NCBI GenBank assembly: GCA_002269645.1
Contig: NIVC01000055.1
Span: 62,001 to 126,000 of the forward strand
Length of the DNA: 64,000 bases
Source: Macrostomum lignano
Taxonomy: Eukaryota
Direction of reading: 5' to 3'
Shown here: positions 38,075 through 50,259 of the stretch, piece by piece
How the letters are laid out: every line of letters begins with the position of its first letter
Position numbering within the stretch: the stretch's first letter is position 1
The notes under the pieces: model-generated
What the model was told of the DNA's origin: nothing
What the model saw: the letters and a program-made list of their open reading frames with translations, nothing else
The model's database searches: none
Made by a program: the position numbers and the translations under genes

Positions 38075-39010
38075 GAATGATCCCATAGTGGATAGTGAAT
38101 GATCCCATAGTGAATAATGAATGATCCCATAGTGAATAATGAATGATCCCATAGTGAATAATTAATGATCCCATAGTGAATAATGAATGATCCCTTAGTG
38201 AATAATGAATGACCCCTTAGTGAATAATGAATGACCCCTTAGTGAATAATGAATGATCCCATAGTGAATAATTAATGATCCCATAGTGAATAATGAATGA
38301 TCCCATAGTGAATAATAAATGATCCCATAGTGAATAATGAATGATCCCATAGTGAATAATGAATGATCCCATAGTGAATAATGAATGACCCCTTAGTGAA
38401 TAATGAATGACCCCTTAGTGAATAATGAATGATCCCTTAGTGAATAATGAATGATCCCATAGTGAATAATGAATGACCCCTTAGTGAATAATGAATGATC
38501 CCTTAGTGAATAATGAATGATCCCATAGTGAATAGTGAATGATCCCATAGTGAATAATGAATGATCCCATAGTGAATAATGAATGATCCCATAGTGAATA
38601 ATGAATGATCCCATAGTGAATAATGAATGACCCCTTAGTGAATAATGAATGACCCCTTAGTGAATAATGAATGATCCCTTAGTGAATAATGAATGACCCC
38701 TTAGTGAATAATGAATGATCCCTTAGTGAATAATGAATGATCCCTTAGTGAATAATGAATGATCCCATAGTGAATAATGAATGATCCCTTAGTGAATAAT
38801 GAATGACCCCTTAGTGAATAATGAATGATCCCATAGTGAATAATGAATGATCCCTTAGTGAATAATGAATGATCCCATAGTGAATAATGAATGATCCCAT
38901 AGTGAATAATGAATGATCCCTTAGTGAATAATAAATAATCCCTTAGTGAATAATAAATAATCCCATAGTGGATAATGAATGATCCCATAGTGGATAGTCA
39001 ATGATCCCAT
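38075..39010. repeat. 22-bp minisatellite between dUTPase and Bora
   Basis: GTGAATAATGAATGATCCCATA/CCTTA. Confidence 0.95.
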
Positions 39011-39082
39011 CACAGATACGCTCGTAATGAAAGATCCCGTAGTGAATACTTGTACTTTTCGGCGTTTACTCCAGAAAATTTC

Positions 39083-39219
39083 ATGGACTCCCATGGAGAC
39101 ATCTGCATGGCAACAAGCGACTGCGAGCTGAATGTGGAATCTCTGCAGGCGCAGCAGCAGAAGCTCTCTGCCTGCGATAACAGCGGCGCTGCTGCCGGCC
39201 TCTCGCCCAGCAAATTCAG
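39083..39219 (+). CDS. BORA: Bora-like gene, probable exon 1 (start codon and frame uncertain)
   Basis: MDSHGDIC...LSPSKF ends at donor AG|GTAGGT (39220). Phase conflicts with the canonical acceptor at 39893; see findings. Confidence 0.45.
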
Positions 39220-39234
39220 GTAGGTTAGTTGGTA

Positions 39235-39880
<646 letters not shown>

Positions 39881-39893
39881 ATACGCAATGCAG

Positions 39894-40514
39894 TGAGTTC
39901 ACCAAATGCATTAAGCCGCAAAAGGCTCAAACCAAATTCCAGTTCAAGCACTCCGACAAAACAGCAGCAACAGCAGCAGCAGCAGGCTGATCAGCAGCAG
40001 CACAACGGCGGCTACGAGCTGCTGTACAGCCACGGACCCGGAGGCGCCATCAGTGACGTCAGCCTGCGGACACCCAGCGGTGCCCGCTACTACAATCCCT
40101 TCCTGCGCTGGGAGGCCAGCGCCGGCCTGGCAGGTGGCGGCTGCAGCGGCTGGAACGGCGGCATCACCGTTAGTCCCGGCATCTTCGCCCCGACCGCCGC
40201 CGTGGCCGCTGCCGCCGCCGCCGCTGCCGCAGCAGCCGCCGCCGCAACTCTGTCGCCGGACCATCGGGCTCGGGTTTGCCCCGACCAGATTGACAGCTCG
40301 GAGGAGACAGCGCTTAAGCAGGAGGCTTATAGCGCTCGCCTAACGGCGCACTGGGACTCGCAGTTCGGCGTGCAGGACGCCATCGAGGCATACTTCAAGT
40401 CCCAGATTGTGGCGCCTTCTCCGGCCGGTTTCGACAACGGCAGAGGAGGCGGCCGGAGCCGACCGGAGGAGCCGCACGTGGACAGCGGCACCGAGTCTGC
40501 GCCCAAGTGGAACG
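39894..40514 (+). CDS. BORA: Bora-like gene, exon 2 (Bora N-terminal domain)
   Basis: [30 protein letters not shown] and [17 protein letters not shown] parallel the human Bora motifs NPF, SPSVF, SIDQLAVINPVEID and QKAIEEFF..VIVPSP (from recall). Donor G|GTGCGA. Confidence 0.8.
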
Positions 40515-40547
40515 GTGCGAACTTGCTGCGAATCCCCCACCACCTCG

Positions 40548-40985
40548 GATGTACACGCTCTCTTCGCCATGTACACACACCCTCTTCCCTAATGTACACA
40601 CGCCCTCTTCCCTAATGTACACACACCCTCTTCCCTAATGTACACACGCCCTCTTCCCTAATGTACACACGCCCTCTTAACCCTGTCCCAATGTACACAC
40701 AATCCCTCTGTAGTTTAACCTCGTCATATTACCCACAATCAAAACGCGCTATCTCTACCCCAATATACACACGCTCCCTCTCCCCCCAATGTACACATGC
40801 TCCCTCTGCGCCCCATTGTACACATGCTCCCTCTGCCCCCCATTGTACACACGCTCCCTCTGACCCATTGTACACACGCTCCCTCTGACCCAATGTACAC
40901 ACGCTTCCCCTGCCCCCAATGTACACACGCTCCCTCTGCTCCCTAATGTACTCGTACACATGACCCCGAATGTACACACGCCCTT
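40548..40985. repeat. About 25-bp minisatellite, Bora intron 2
   Basis: CCCCCAATGTACACACGCTCCCTCTG-type units. Confidence 0.9.
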
Positions 40986-41020
40986 CCCCTCAACATACAT
41001 TTACGCTTCTTTTCCTGCAG

Positions 41021-41318
41021 TGTCCACTCAGACAATTCTGTCTATCCCGGCCTTCTTTGATCTCGCCGCAATCATATCTGACGATGATGATGGAGGGGCG
41101 GACAATTGCTGTGGCGAGCCGGCCGCTGACTGGGCGGCCGAGTCCAGTCCCGCACGACCGTCGCCGCCGCCGCAGATCTCGCAGTTGCCATTGACGCCGG
41201 ATCGCGTTGTCAAGGCGTTTCAGGTTCTGCCTAGCAGCGGCAGTCCGCAGCTTGGCCAGCAGACTCGGCCGAAACTACAGCCCAACTTCCAGCCTATGGA
41301 AGTTATCAGAGAGCGTTC
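41021..41318 (+). CDS. BORA: Bora-like gene, exon 3
   Basis: Acceptor TTTCCTGCAG| phase 1; VSTQTILSIPAFFDLAAIIS resembles Bora CQTLLSLPVDFNLENILG. Donor TC|GTGAGT phase 2. Confidence 0.8.
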
Positions 41319-41329
41319 GTGAGTGACAT

Positions 41330-41830
41330 ATGTGTACATTGGGGGCAGGGGGAGCGTGTCTACATTGAGGGCAGAGGGAGCATGTGTACATTTGGGGGCA
41401 GGGGAGCGTGTGTACATTGTGGGCAGAGGGAGCGTGTGTAAATTTGGGGGCAGGGGAGCGTGTGTACATTGTGGGCAGAGGGAGCGTGTGTACATTGGGG
41501 GTAGAGGGAGCGTGTGTACATTGGGGCAGGGGGAGCGTGTGTACATTTGGGGGCAGGGGAGCGTGTGTACATTTGGGGGCAGGGGAGCGTGTGTACATTG
41601 TGGGCAGAGGGAGCGTGTGTAAATTTGGGGGCAGGGGAGCGTGTGTACATTGTGGGCAGAGGGAGCGTGTGTACATTGGGGGTAGAGGGAGCGTGTGTAC
41701 ATTGGGGCAGGGGGAGCGTGTGTACATTTGGGGGCAGGGGAGCGTGTGTACATTGGGGGCAGAGGGAGCGTGTGTACATTGGGGCAGGGGGAGCGTGTGT
41801 ACATTGGGGGCAGAGAGAGCGTGTGTACAT
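41330..41830. repeat. About 26-bp minisatellite, Bora intron 3 (reverse complement of the intron 2 array)
   Basis: CAGAGGGAGCGTGTGTACATTGGGGG-type units. Confidence 0.92.
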
Positions 41831-41864
41831 GAAAATCAACTGTTTGCCTTCCCTTGTATTGCAG

Positions 41865-42138
41865 CTACTGCAGCATGGACACGACTTCGGACTCGCAACC
41901 GGCCAGCGTGTTCTGCACCAGCGGCCTGCAGCAGCAGCAGCAGCAGAGACTGGCCGGCTCTAGTTACGGAGATGGCAGCAGTTTTCTAACTGGCTCGTCC
42001 GGCTCCATGTCGGATCTGGCTGCCACCCCCACTGCTGGCGGGCAGCTGGCAACAGCGGCGAATGCGTCTGCGGCTGTTGACCAACCTTCTGGCACAGCGT
42101 CGGCGAACTTTGAAGACGCCCTGCTGACGCCAACTTGA
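41865..42138 (+). CDS. BORA: Bora-like gene, terminal exon
   Basis: Acceptor TTGCAG| phase 2, in frame; YCSMDTTSDS...LLTPT then stop. Confidence 0.7.
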
Positions 42139-42521
42139 TTTTTGTAGCATTTGTCAAATCTTTGAAAATGTAATGTTCTGTTTTTATACTGGTCTCGGTG
42201 CTTGTATACTGGATATATTTGCGATTTGTCTATTTTTTAGGAACCCGTAATATGCAACCCTTCTAGTGCTTTTCTGCATTTAAACTTTACCTTCTTTCAG
42301 CTCCAATCAGTTTGTGTCCGCTTGCGAATGCTGCTGCAGCAAATTACTCGACTATATACAATCCGCCTTGGCCATTGAACTTGTGCTCCGCATATTAAAT
42401 ATACAAAATCTTCTACTTTAAGTAGGCAAAATTGAATGCGTTCGTTTCCATAATATACTTGGACTAGACAATTAGAGAGAAGAATTTAAGCATCTTTTCA
42501 GCAATGTCGAAATCGCATTCT

Positions 42522-43081
<560 letters not shown>

Positions 43082-43155
43082 AGAATAGCCAGAACAGCAT
43101 TCGCCCGCTGACTGCATCGGCACCCTAGTCGCTCACAACGGTCCCGCTTGAATGC

Positions 43156-43397
43156 ATGGCTGCCAGCGGCTCCTGGGGCGGCAAGTACTCTGACGATTAT
43201 GATTACCTGATCAAACTGCTGGCCCTGGGCAACTCGGGGGTAGGCAAGACCTCGATTCTCTACCAGTACACTGACGGAGTCTTCAATGCCAGATTTGTCA
43301 GCACAGTTGGAATCGATTTTAGGCAGAAGAGGCTGCTGCACAAATCTGACCGCAACGGGCAGTCCGGGGAGACTCAGCGGATTCACCTGCAGCTGTG
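43156..43397 (+). CDS. RAB27: Rab27 GTPase, exon 1
   Basis: [42 protein letters not shown] is Rab27-specific. Donor TG|GTTGGT. Confidence 0.93.
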
Positions 43398-43457
43398 GTT
43401 GGTAACTTCAGTGGCAGCTTTTGGCGCTTGGTTGCCTGGTGTTATGGGTATGCGGGA

Positions 43458-44352
43458 TTCGGTTGCTAGGGTGTAAAATCTGATTTTTAAGGTGTTGAAA
43501 CTTGTTTCTAGGGTGCTGAACTTGGTTGCTATCGTTTAGGACCTGGTTGCTAGGGTGTAGGATCTAGTTGCTAGGATGTAGGATCTAGTTGCTAGGGTGT
43601 AGGATCTAGTTGCTAGGGTGTTAAACTTGGTTGCTAGGGTGTTAAACTTGGTTGCTAGGGTGTAGGATCTGGTTGCTAGGGTGTTAAACTTGGTTGCTAG
43701 GGTGTTAAGCTTGGTTGCTAGGGTGTTAAACTTGGTTTCTAGGGTGTAGGATCTGGTTGCTAGGGTGTTAAACTTGGTTGCTAGGGTGTAGGATCTGGTT
43801 GCTAGGGTACTGAACTTCGTTGCTGTCGTGTAAGATCTGGTTATTAGGATGTAGGATCTGGTTTCTAGGGTGTTAAAAACTTGGTTGCTAGGATGTTGAA
43901 CTCAGTTGCTAGTGTGTGGGATCTTGTTGCTATGGTGTGAAATCTAGTTGCTAATGGTGTGGAATCTGGTTGCTAGGGTGTAGGATCTGGTTTCTAGGGT
44001 GTAGGATCTGGTTTCTAGGATATGGAATCTAGTTGCTATGTTGTGGAATCTGGTTGGTATGATGTGGAATCTGGTTGCTATGTTGTGTAATCTGGTTGCT
44101 ATGTTGTGGAATCTGGTTGCTATGTTGTGGAATCTGGTTACTATGTTGTGGAGTCTGGTTGCTATGTTGTGGAATCTGGTTGCTATGATGTGGAATCTGG
44201 TTGCTATGATGTGGAATCTGGTTGCTATGATGTGGAATCTGGTTGCTATGATGTGGAATCTGGTTGCTATGTTGTGGAATCTGGTTGCTATGTTGTGGAA
44301 TCTGGTTGCTATGATGTGGAATCTGGTTGCTATGTTGTGGAATCTGGTTTGT
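43458..44352. repeat. 21-bp minisatellite, Rab27 intron 1
   Basis: GGATCTGGTTGCTAGGGTGTA grading into TGGAATCTGGTTGCTATGTTG. Confidence 0.92.
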
Positions 44353-44458
44353 ATGATGTGTTTGCCGTCAGATTTAGCTGCTGACTTGTTCCTGTGTGAA
44401 CTGAGTTCCTGTTCCCTGCTACTCTGCGAATATCCAAGTCACTGCTGCCCGGCCGCAG

Positions 44459-44707
44459 GGACACGGCAGGCCAAGAGAGGTTCCGCTCGCTGAGCACCGC
44501 CTTCTTTCGCGACGCCATGGGCTTCCTGCTGGTGTTCGACCTGACCTCGGAGCAGAGCTTCCTGGACATTCGCAACTGGCTGAGCCTGCTTCAGACCAAC
44601 GCGTACTGCGACAGGCCGGACATTGTGCTGGTTGGCAACAAGAAGGACCTGGCCGACCTGCGAGCCGTCACCTGCGACAGGGCACAGCGGCTGGCGGACG
44701 AGCTCAA
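44459..44707 (+). CDS. RAB27: Rab27 GTPase, exon 2
   Basis: [45 protein letters not shown]. Donor AA|GTGAGC. Confidence 0.95.
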
Positions 44708-44729
44708 GTGAGCACTTGGCTGCCTGGCT

Positions 44730-44940
44730 GTGACATTGGGATATGTTTGGAGTGACATTGGAGTGAAAGTCAGAGTGACTATTGAGTGATATTCAGATAT
44801 CCAGTACCAGAGTGACGTTTGGCATCACTGGAGTGATATCAAGATATTGATTTCCGTGTGACACTAGGAGTGACATTGGGATATTGATATCCGTGTGACA
44901 CTAGGAGTGACATTGGGATATTGATATCCGTGTGACAATG
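44730..44940. repeat. Short degenerate array, Rab27 intron 2
   Basis: GAGTGACATTGGGATATTGATATCCGTGTGACACTAG-type units. Confidence 0.7.
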
Positions 44941-44969
44941 TGGAAATCACCCACCCCCCCCCCGCCAAG

Positions 44970-45174
44970 CATGCCCTACCTGGAGACCAGCGCTTGCACA
45001 GGTGAGAACGTGAAGCCGGCCATAGACAAGCTGCTGGACCTGGTGATGCTGCGCATCGATCTGTCGCTGGATAAGAGCCGGCTGCCCATCAAACGCAGCA
45101 AGCGGACCAGCGTTGGTCACCCGGGCGGCGGCGGCGGCGGCGGAGGCGGTGGCGCCAACTGCGGCACCTGCTAG
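44970..45174 (+). CDS. RAB27: Rab27 GTPase, exon 3
   Basis: MPYLETSA...AIDKLLDLVMLRI...NCGTC then stop; splice phases consistent. Confidence 0.92.
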
Positions 45175-45284
45175 GCTGCTCCAAACCCCGCTTCTACCGG
45201 CCACCCTCAACTTGCCGCTGCTTCAATTTTCTAATCTAATCCCCATGCTGGGGGTCTTTGTTCCTTATGTGCATTGCAGCCTCA

Positions 45285-45610
45285 TTACTGGCATCTCACA
45301 GCCTCAACATTGTGATCTCTCAGCTGCATCACTAGGATCTCACAGCCTCATCATTGGGATCTCACAGCCTCATCATTGTGATCTCTCTGCTGCATCATTG
45401 GGATCTCACAGCCTCATCATTGGGATCTCACAGCCTCATCATTGGGATCTCACAGCCTCATCATTGTGATCTCACAGCCTCATGATTGGGATCTCACAGC
45501 CTCATCATTGAGATCTTCCAGTCTCATCATTGGGATCTTCCAGTCTCATCATTGGGATTTTCCAGTCTCATCAGTGGGATCTCACAGCCTCATCATTGGG
45601 ATCTCACAAC
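45285..45610. repeat. 22-bp minisatellite downstream of the Rab27 stop codon
   Basis: GGGATCTCACAGCCTCATCATT. Confidence 0.88.
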
Positions 45611-46600
45611 ATTTCATTTATTTTTCGCCACTCAGTGCTCTTCTAGGGTCCGTGATATAGTACTGTTTTTCTGAGTAGTGATGATGTGTTTTTGTGTTTT
45701 TGGATGCCTTTTGCTAAATAATTTTCTATTTATTTTTTAAAGTTTATTTTTCAAAAAATTTATTGACAATATCTAACTCAAGTACTCCAAGAACGGAAGC
45801 AATCATTGTCTTCTTCGATCAGCTTGTGGCGCAAGTAAATTTTACCCAAATACTCGTAGGAATGTCTCAATGCCTTACTGACAGTAGTCTATGCGAGCTA
45901 GGTGATATGATTTATTTTAACACAAATATATTAACACATATCCTAACAATATTCCATTTTCGTGTGCCAAATCCAAGATAAAACACAATACGCCGATATG
46001 TTGAGTTGGAAACTTTTCTTTGACTGGAAAAAAGAATTTTTAAACAAATACGCACGCTCATTCGATTCAGCTTTACCATAGTAGGAATAATTTATTTGAT
46101 ATCAATAAAAAACTCATTTTAACTTGACTACTCACCAGTAGTAGCCGCATTGGGATATGATAAGAGTTGAAATTTTCAGATGGAAGCATTCTGATACTTT
46201 AAATTTTATGCAAATAACTGGTTGTACACAAATCTTTGCTATCAACATCGGATAAGTGGCATACCCGAGCATGCTTTACTACTGACAATTTGCTTCTAAG
46301 TAGCATGTGCAAGTGAGCTAGAATTCTCTAATTGTTTTCAGCGTTTCAGAGGGTGCAGAATTATTTATCAACCTGTACAAAAGCCTCGTGAATCCGGATG
46401 AACGCAACTCATCAAGGACGAATGAATCGATGGGGAAGGAATTTTAAGCACAGTCAAGAGAGCAGAGATTTCCCACGGATGCAGGCCCTTTTGGAAACTT
46501 TTGCTACTCGCTTTTATCAGAGACTGTCTACTCACGAGTAGTGAGGTACGTCTATGTGAGGGAATTTTTTTCAAGCCGCGACCAAATTTTATGTGTTAGA

Positions 46601-46606
46601 TTTATT
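46601..46606 (-). terminator. Candidate polyadenylation signal (AATAAA) of the Kirre-like gene
   Basis: TTTATT on the + strand, about 130 nt past the stop codon. Confidence 0.35.
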
Positions 46607-46738
46607 CCAAGGCCGAAGATTCGAGCTCGGGTCCTGCAGTTGTAAGGCGGCTGCGCTGACCGCTGGACCAAATTCCCCCCGCTTAGAATGGCCGGCTCCA
46701 CAGTCTTATATAGGCAGAGGAGGGCCATCGATCGGTCG

Positions 46739-47093
46739 CTAGACCTCCGTAGTCGGATGGTCCTCGTCGATGGTCGGCTGCCGTCGGATGATCCCGCCGC
46801 CGACGCCCGACAGTCCCGTGCCGCTGCCACCGGCCGCGGCCGCTGCCAGGCCGTGCGGCACGCTGTGGATGGGGCAGCCGGATTTCGGCAGTGTGGCGCC
46901 GGCCGGGTAGTGGTGGATGACACAGGGCGTGGGGTGGAAGGTCACGTGATGCTGCTGCTGCTGTCCGGCGCTCAGCTTCGAATCGACGCTGGAATCCGAG
47001 GAGCCCAGCTGGTAGCCGGCGGACGGGTGGTGGCCGAGTTGGCAGCTGGCGGCGTGCGCGCCGCCGTACCCGGAGTCGCAGCTCCTTACGCTG
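46739..47093 (-). CDS. KIRREL: Kirre/Neph1-like terminal exon with class I PDZ-binding motif (TTEV-stop)
   Basis: Acceptor TTTTACAG|; ends EDHPTTEV then stop. Five Ig domains, TM and a PDZ ligand match the Kirre/Rst/Neph/SYG-1 architecture. Confidence 0.8.
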
Positions 47094-47169
47094 CTGTAAA
47101 ATAACAGGGCGTTGCGTTTCTTGGAAAATTTTTGAAGGCCACAGCTCCCCGCCCACACCCCTCACTCAC

Positions 47170-47731
47170 TCTTCCTGGCCGGCCTCTTCTCCGGGTTCCT
47201 CGGCAGCAGCCGCCGCCGCCGACGTCGCCGACTGTTGAAGCTGCGACCGTCGGGCTGGCGACAGAACCTGGCCCAGGCAGCTCTGCTGGCTTGGCGTGAG
47301 GTCGGACAGGTCGATGGCCGGGTAGGCGGAGGCTGGCCGCGAGTAGCCGCGCTGATGAAGCAGGAGCTGCGGATGCTGCGGATGATGATGGACGTTGGAG
47401 ATGCTGGTTGCTGGCGGCGGCGGCGCCGCGTGCGAGGCGAGCGGCTGGCGGCCCAGGCTGCCGTGGACCGCGCAGCCGATGAAGGCCGGGTAGCCGCCGA
47501 CGCCGATGTCGGCTGGTCCGACCTCGACAGCGACTGTTTCGTCGTCGTTGCGGATGTCGCCGTAGCGTCTCAGCGGCTGCTGTGGCTGCTGCTGGAGCTT
47601 CTGGCCTCGGAAGGTGCCGCCGTTGCTGGCTCTCCGAATGGCGCCATTCGGCCCGCTGGCGTCCGAGTTTGAGTCGACTGCATCGGCGTCGTCGAGATTG
47701 TCGGCTGGGAGGCGGGCCGACTGCTGCTTCT
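47170..47731 (-). CDS. KIRREL: Kirre/Neph1-like cytoplasmic exon
   Basis: Acceptor CTCCAG| phase 1; open frame EKQQSARL...EEAGQE; donor GA|GTGAGT phase 2. Confidence 0.75.
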
Positions 47732-47734
47732 CTG

Positions 47735-48335
47735 GAGTTGGGATTTGGGATTAGGGATTCGGGATTCATGAGTTGGGATTCTGGATTCATGAGTTGGGAT
47801 TCGGGATTCATGAGTTGGGATTCTGGATTCATGAGTTAAGATTTGGGATTCGGGATTTCGGAGTTAAGATTAGGGATTAGGGATTTTGGATTCAGGATTC
47901 GGGATTTGAGATTTGAGATTCGGGATTCATGAGTTGGGATTCTGGATTCATGAGTTAAGATTTGGGATTTGGGATTTGGGAGTTGAGATTTGGGATTCGG
48001 GATTTGGGAGTTGAGATTAGATAGGGATTTTTTATTCAGGATTCGGGATTTCAGATTTCAGATTCGGGATTCATGAGTTGGGATTCTGGATTCATGAGTT
48101 AAGATTTGGAATTCGGGATTCATGAGTTGAGATTTGGGATTCGGGATTCATGAGTTGGGATTCTGGATTCATGAGTTGAGATTTGGGATTCAGGATTTGG
48201 GAGTTGAGATTTGGTGGTTGTGATTCGAACGCTGGGATTCCGGAATAGGGATTCAGGATTTGAGATTAAGGAGTTGCGATTTTGGAGTTACGACAGGATT
48301 TGAGAGTCAGGAGCTAAGGAATTAGTACTTGGGAT
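47735..48335. repeat. About 21-bp minisatellite, Kirre-like intron
   Basis: GGGATTCATGAGTTGGGATTC-type units. Confidence 0.88.
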
Positions 48336-48393
48336 TTTTTGAACTGATCATTTCAAAGAACTGTGAATTGGGATTTCGAACAACTCTGCTCAC

Positions 48394-48534
48394 CCATGGC
48401 GGAGCGGTGCTGCTCTGCCGCCGCCCGACTGTCCCAGTAGCCCTTGCGACAGACGCACAACAGCACCAGCATGAACACCAGCACCATCACCAGGGCTGTG
48501 GAGGCGCCAGCTATGAATGCCACGGGGATGTTGT
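48394..48534 (-). CDS. KIRREL: Kirre/Neph1-like transmembrane exon
   Basis: IPVAFIAGASTALVMVLVFMLVLLCVC followed by RK stop-transfer residues. Confidence 0.88.
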
Positions 48535-48732
48535 CTGCGGACGAGGGGGGGGGGGCGTGTCGAGGTCTTGGCAAGAAAATATTTAGGATTTCGGCAAAAA
48601 GTCGATGATGTCATTTCATTCTCTTAGCTCTACTTTGATTGCCGCGTCCAGCAAGTTAAGCAGAATTGGCCGCGGTTAGTTCGAGTTAAGCCTTGGTAAA
48701 TCAATGGCAATGCAGGCATGCTCTTGACTCAC

Positions 48733-48881
48733 CCTCGATGGTGAGGCTGATTAGGAGGCTCTGGCTGCCCATCTCATTGGTTGCCGTGCAGTTGTAGATG
48801 CCGAAGTCATTCGACTGGACCTCTTCGAAGTGCACAAATGACGTCGTGCCGCCGAGGAAGTCTTCGCGGTAGATGCGGACT
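48733..48881 (-). CDS. KIRREL: Kirre/Neph1-like exon (end of Ig5)
   Basis: VQSNDFGIYNCTATNEMGS. Acceptor CTGCAG|, donor G|GTGAGT. Confidence 0.88.
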
Positions 48882-48914
48882 CTGCAGTGTTAGGAGCTCT
48901 TTAATGATCCTCAC

Positions 48915-49438
48915 GGTTCTCCATTCCCCATCCTCACCGGTAACCCATCCTCACTGGTTTCCCATCCTCACCGGTTTCCCATCCTCACCGGTTCTCCATT
49001 CCCCATCCTCACCGGTTTCCCATCCTCACCGGTTTCCCATCCTCACCGGTTTCCCATCCTCACCGGTTTCCCATCCTCACCGGTTCTCCATTCCCCATCC
49101 TCACCGGTTTCCCATCCTCACCGGTTTCCCATCCTCACCGGTTTCCCATCCTCCCCGGTTTCCCATCCTCACCGGTTTCCCATCCTCACCGGTTTCCCAT
49201 CCTCACCGGTTTCCCATCCTCACCGGTTCCCCATTCCCCATCATCATCTTCCTTCATTCCCCATCCTCACCGGTTCTACACTCCCCATCCTCACCAGTTC
49301 CCCATTCCCCATCCTCACCGGTTCTACACTCCCCATCCTCACCTGTCCCTCATTCCCCATCCTCACCGGTCCCTCATTCCCCATTCTCAGCTGTCCCTCA
49401 TTCCCCATCCTCACCTGTCCCTCATTCCCCATCCTTAC
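48915..49438. repeat. 17/24-bp minisatellite, Kirre-like intron
   Basis: CCCATCCTCACCGGTTT and CCCCATCCTCACCTGTCCCTCATT. Confidence 0.9.
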
Positions 49439-50044
49439 CTGTCCCCGGTCTCCAGTTTGCGCCCATTGCGCCACCACTGCACGCCACCCTCGCTGGCGGG
49501 CGCGGGCACGGACACGATGCGGCACTCGAGGCGGAAGCTGCGGCCGAGCCTGGCGAACTGCTGCCCGGCCGATTCGCACCTGGGCTGCGCCTTCTGGGCC
49601 AGCAGTACCCGGCGCGAGATGGATGAGAACTCCGCCCCGCTCACGGTGCAGACGTACTCGCCGAAGTCGCTCGGCCGCAGTCTGGTGAGGCGCAGGCGGG
49701 ACATCTGGCCCACGACTGGGCCGCCGCTGCCGCTGCCGAAGCCGCTCCTGGGGGCTCCAACGGAGTCGCCCCTGCGCCAGGCGTAGGTCGGCTCCGGTCT
49801 GGCGTCCGCCTGGCAGCTGAGCTCGGCTGAGCCGCCGATCTCGGCCGAGTACAGCGTCGGCAAGGAGGGCTCGAACTTAGGACCGTAGCGGACTCGAATC
49901 ACGGCCTCGGCGTCCGATTTTTCATGGTTGGCTGCGCTGCACCGAATAGTCTGGCCATCGTGGCGTCTGGTCAGCGTCAGGGTCAGCCGGGATGTTGATG
50001 GGGCCACCGTGGGAAGCTGGGGGCCGTTCGAGTCGATTGACCAG
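49439..50044 (-). CDS. KIRREL: Kirre/Neph1-like exon (end of Ig3, Ig4, start of Ig5)
   Basis: HDGQTIRCSAAN; VRYGPKF; LSCQADARPEPTYAW; DFGEYVCTV; LECRIVSVP..WWRNG. Donor AG|GTAAGG. Confidence 0.9.
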
Positions 50045-50068
50045 CTACGGATTGATTGGTTTGGATTG

Positions 50069-50225
50069 GAAAATTCCATCAGAGCTGAACTGGATGCTGT
50101 CTAAATTTATCGTGGAAAATTCCATCAGAGCTGAACTGGATGCTGTCTAAATTTATCGTGGAAAATTCCATCAGAGCTGAACTGGATGCTGTCTAAATTT
50201 ATCGTGGAAAATTCCATCAGAGTTT
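50069..50225. repeat. 46-bp tandem repeat, about 3.5 copies
   Basis: GGAAAATTCCATCAGAGCTGAACTGGATGCTGTCTAAATTTATCGT. Confidence 0.9.
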
Positions 50226-50259
50226 AACTGTAGTTCCAGAGTTTTTTGCGGAAACCTAC

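Noticed and set aside
46739-46753. Functional link between the Kirre TTEV PDZ ligand and the nearby PDZ-RhoGAP gene
   Set aside because: Genomic proximity alone is not evidence of interaction; both motifs are common.
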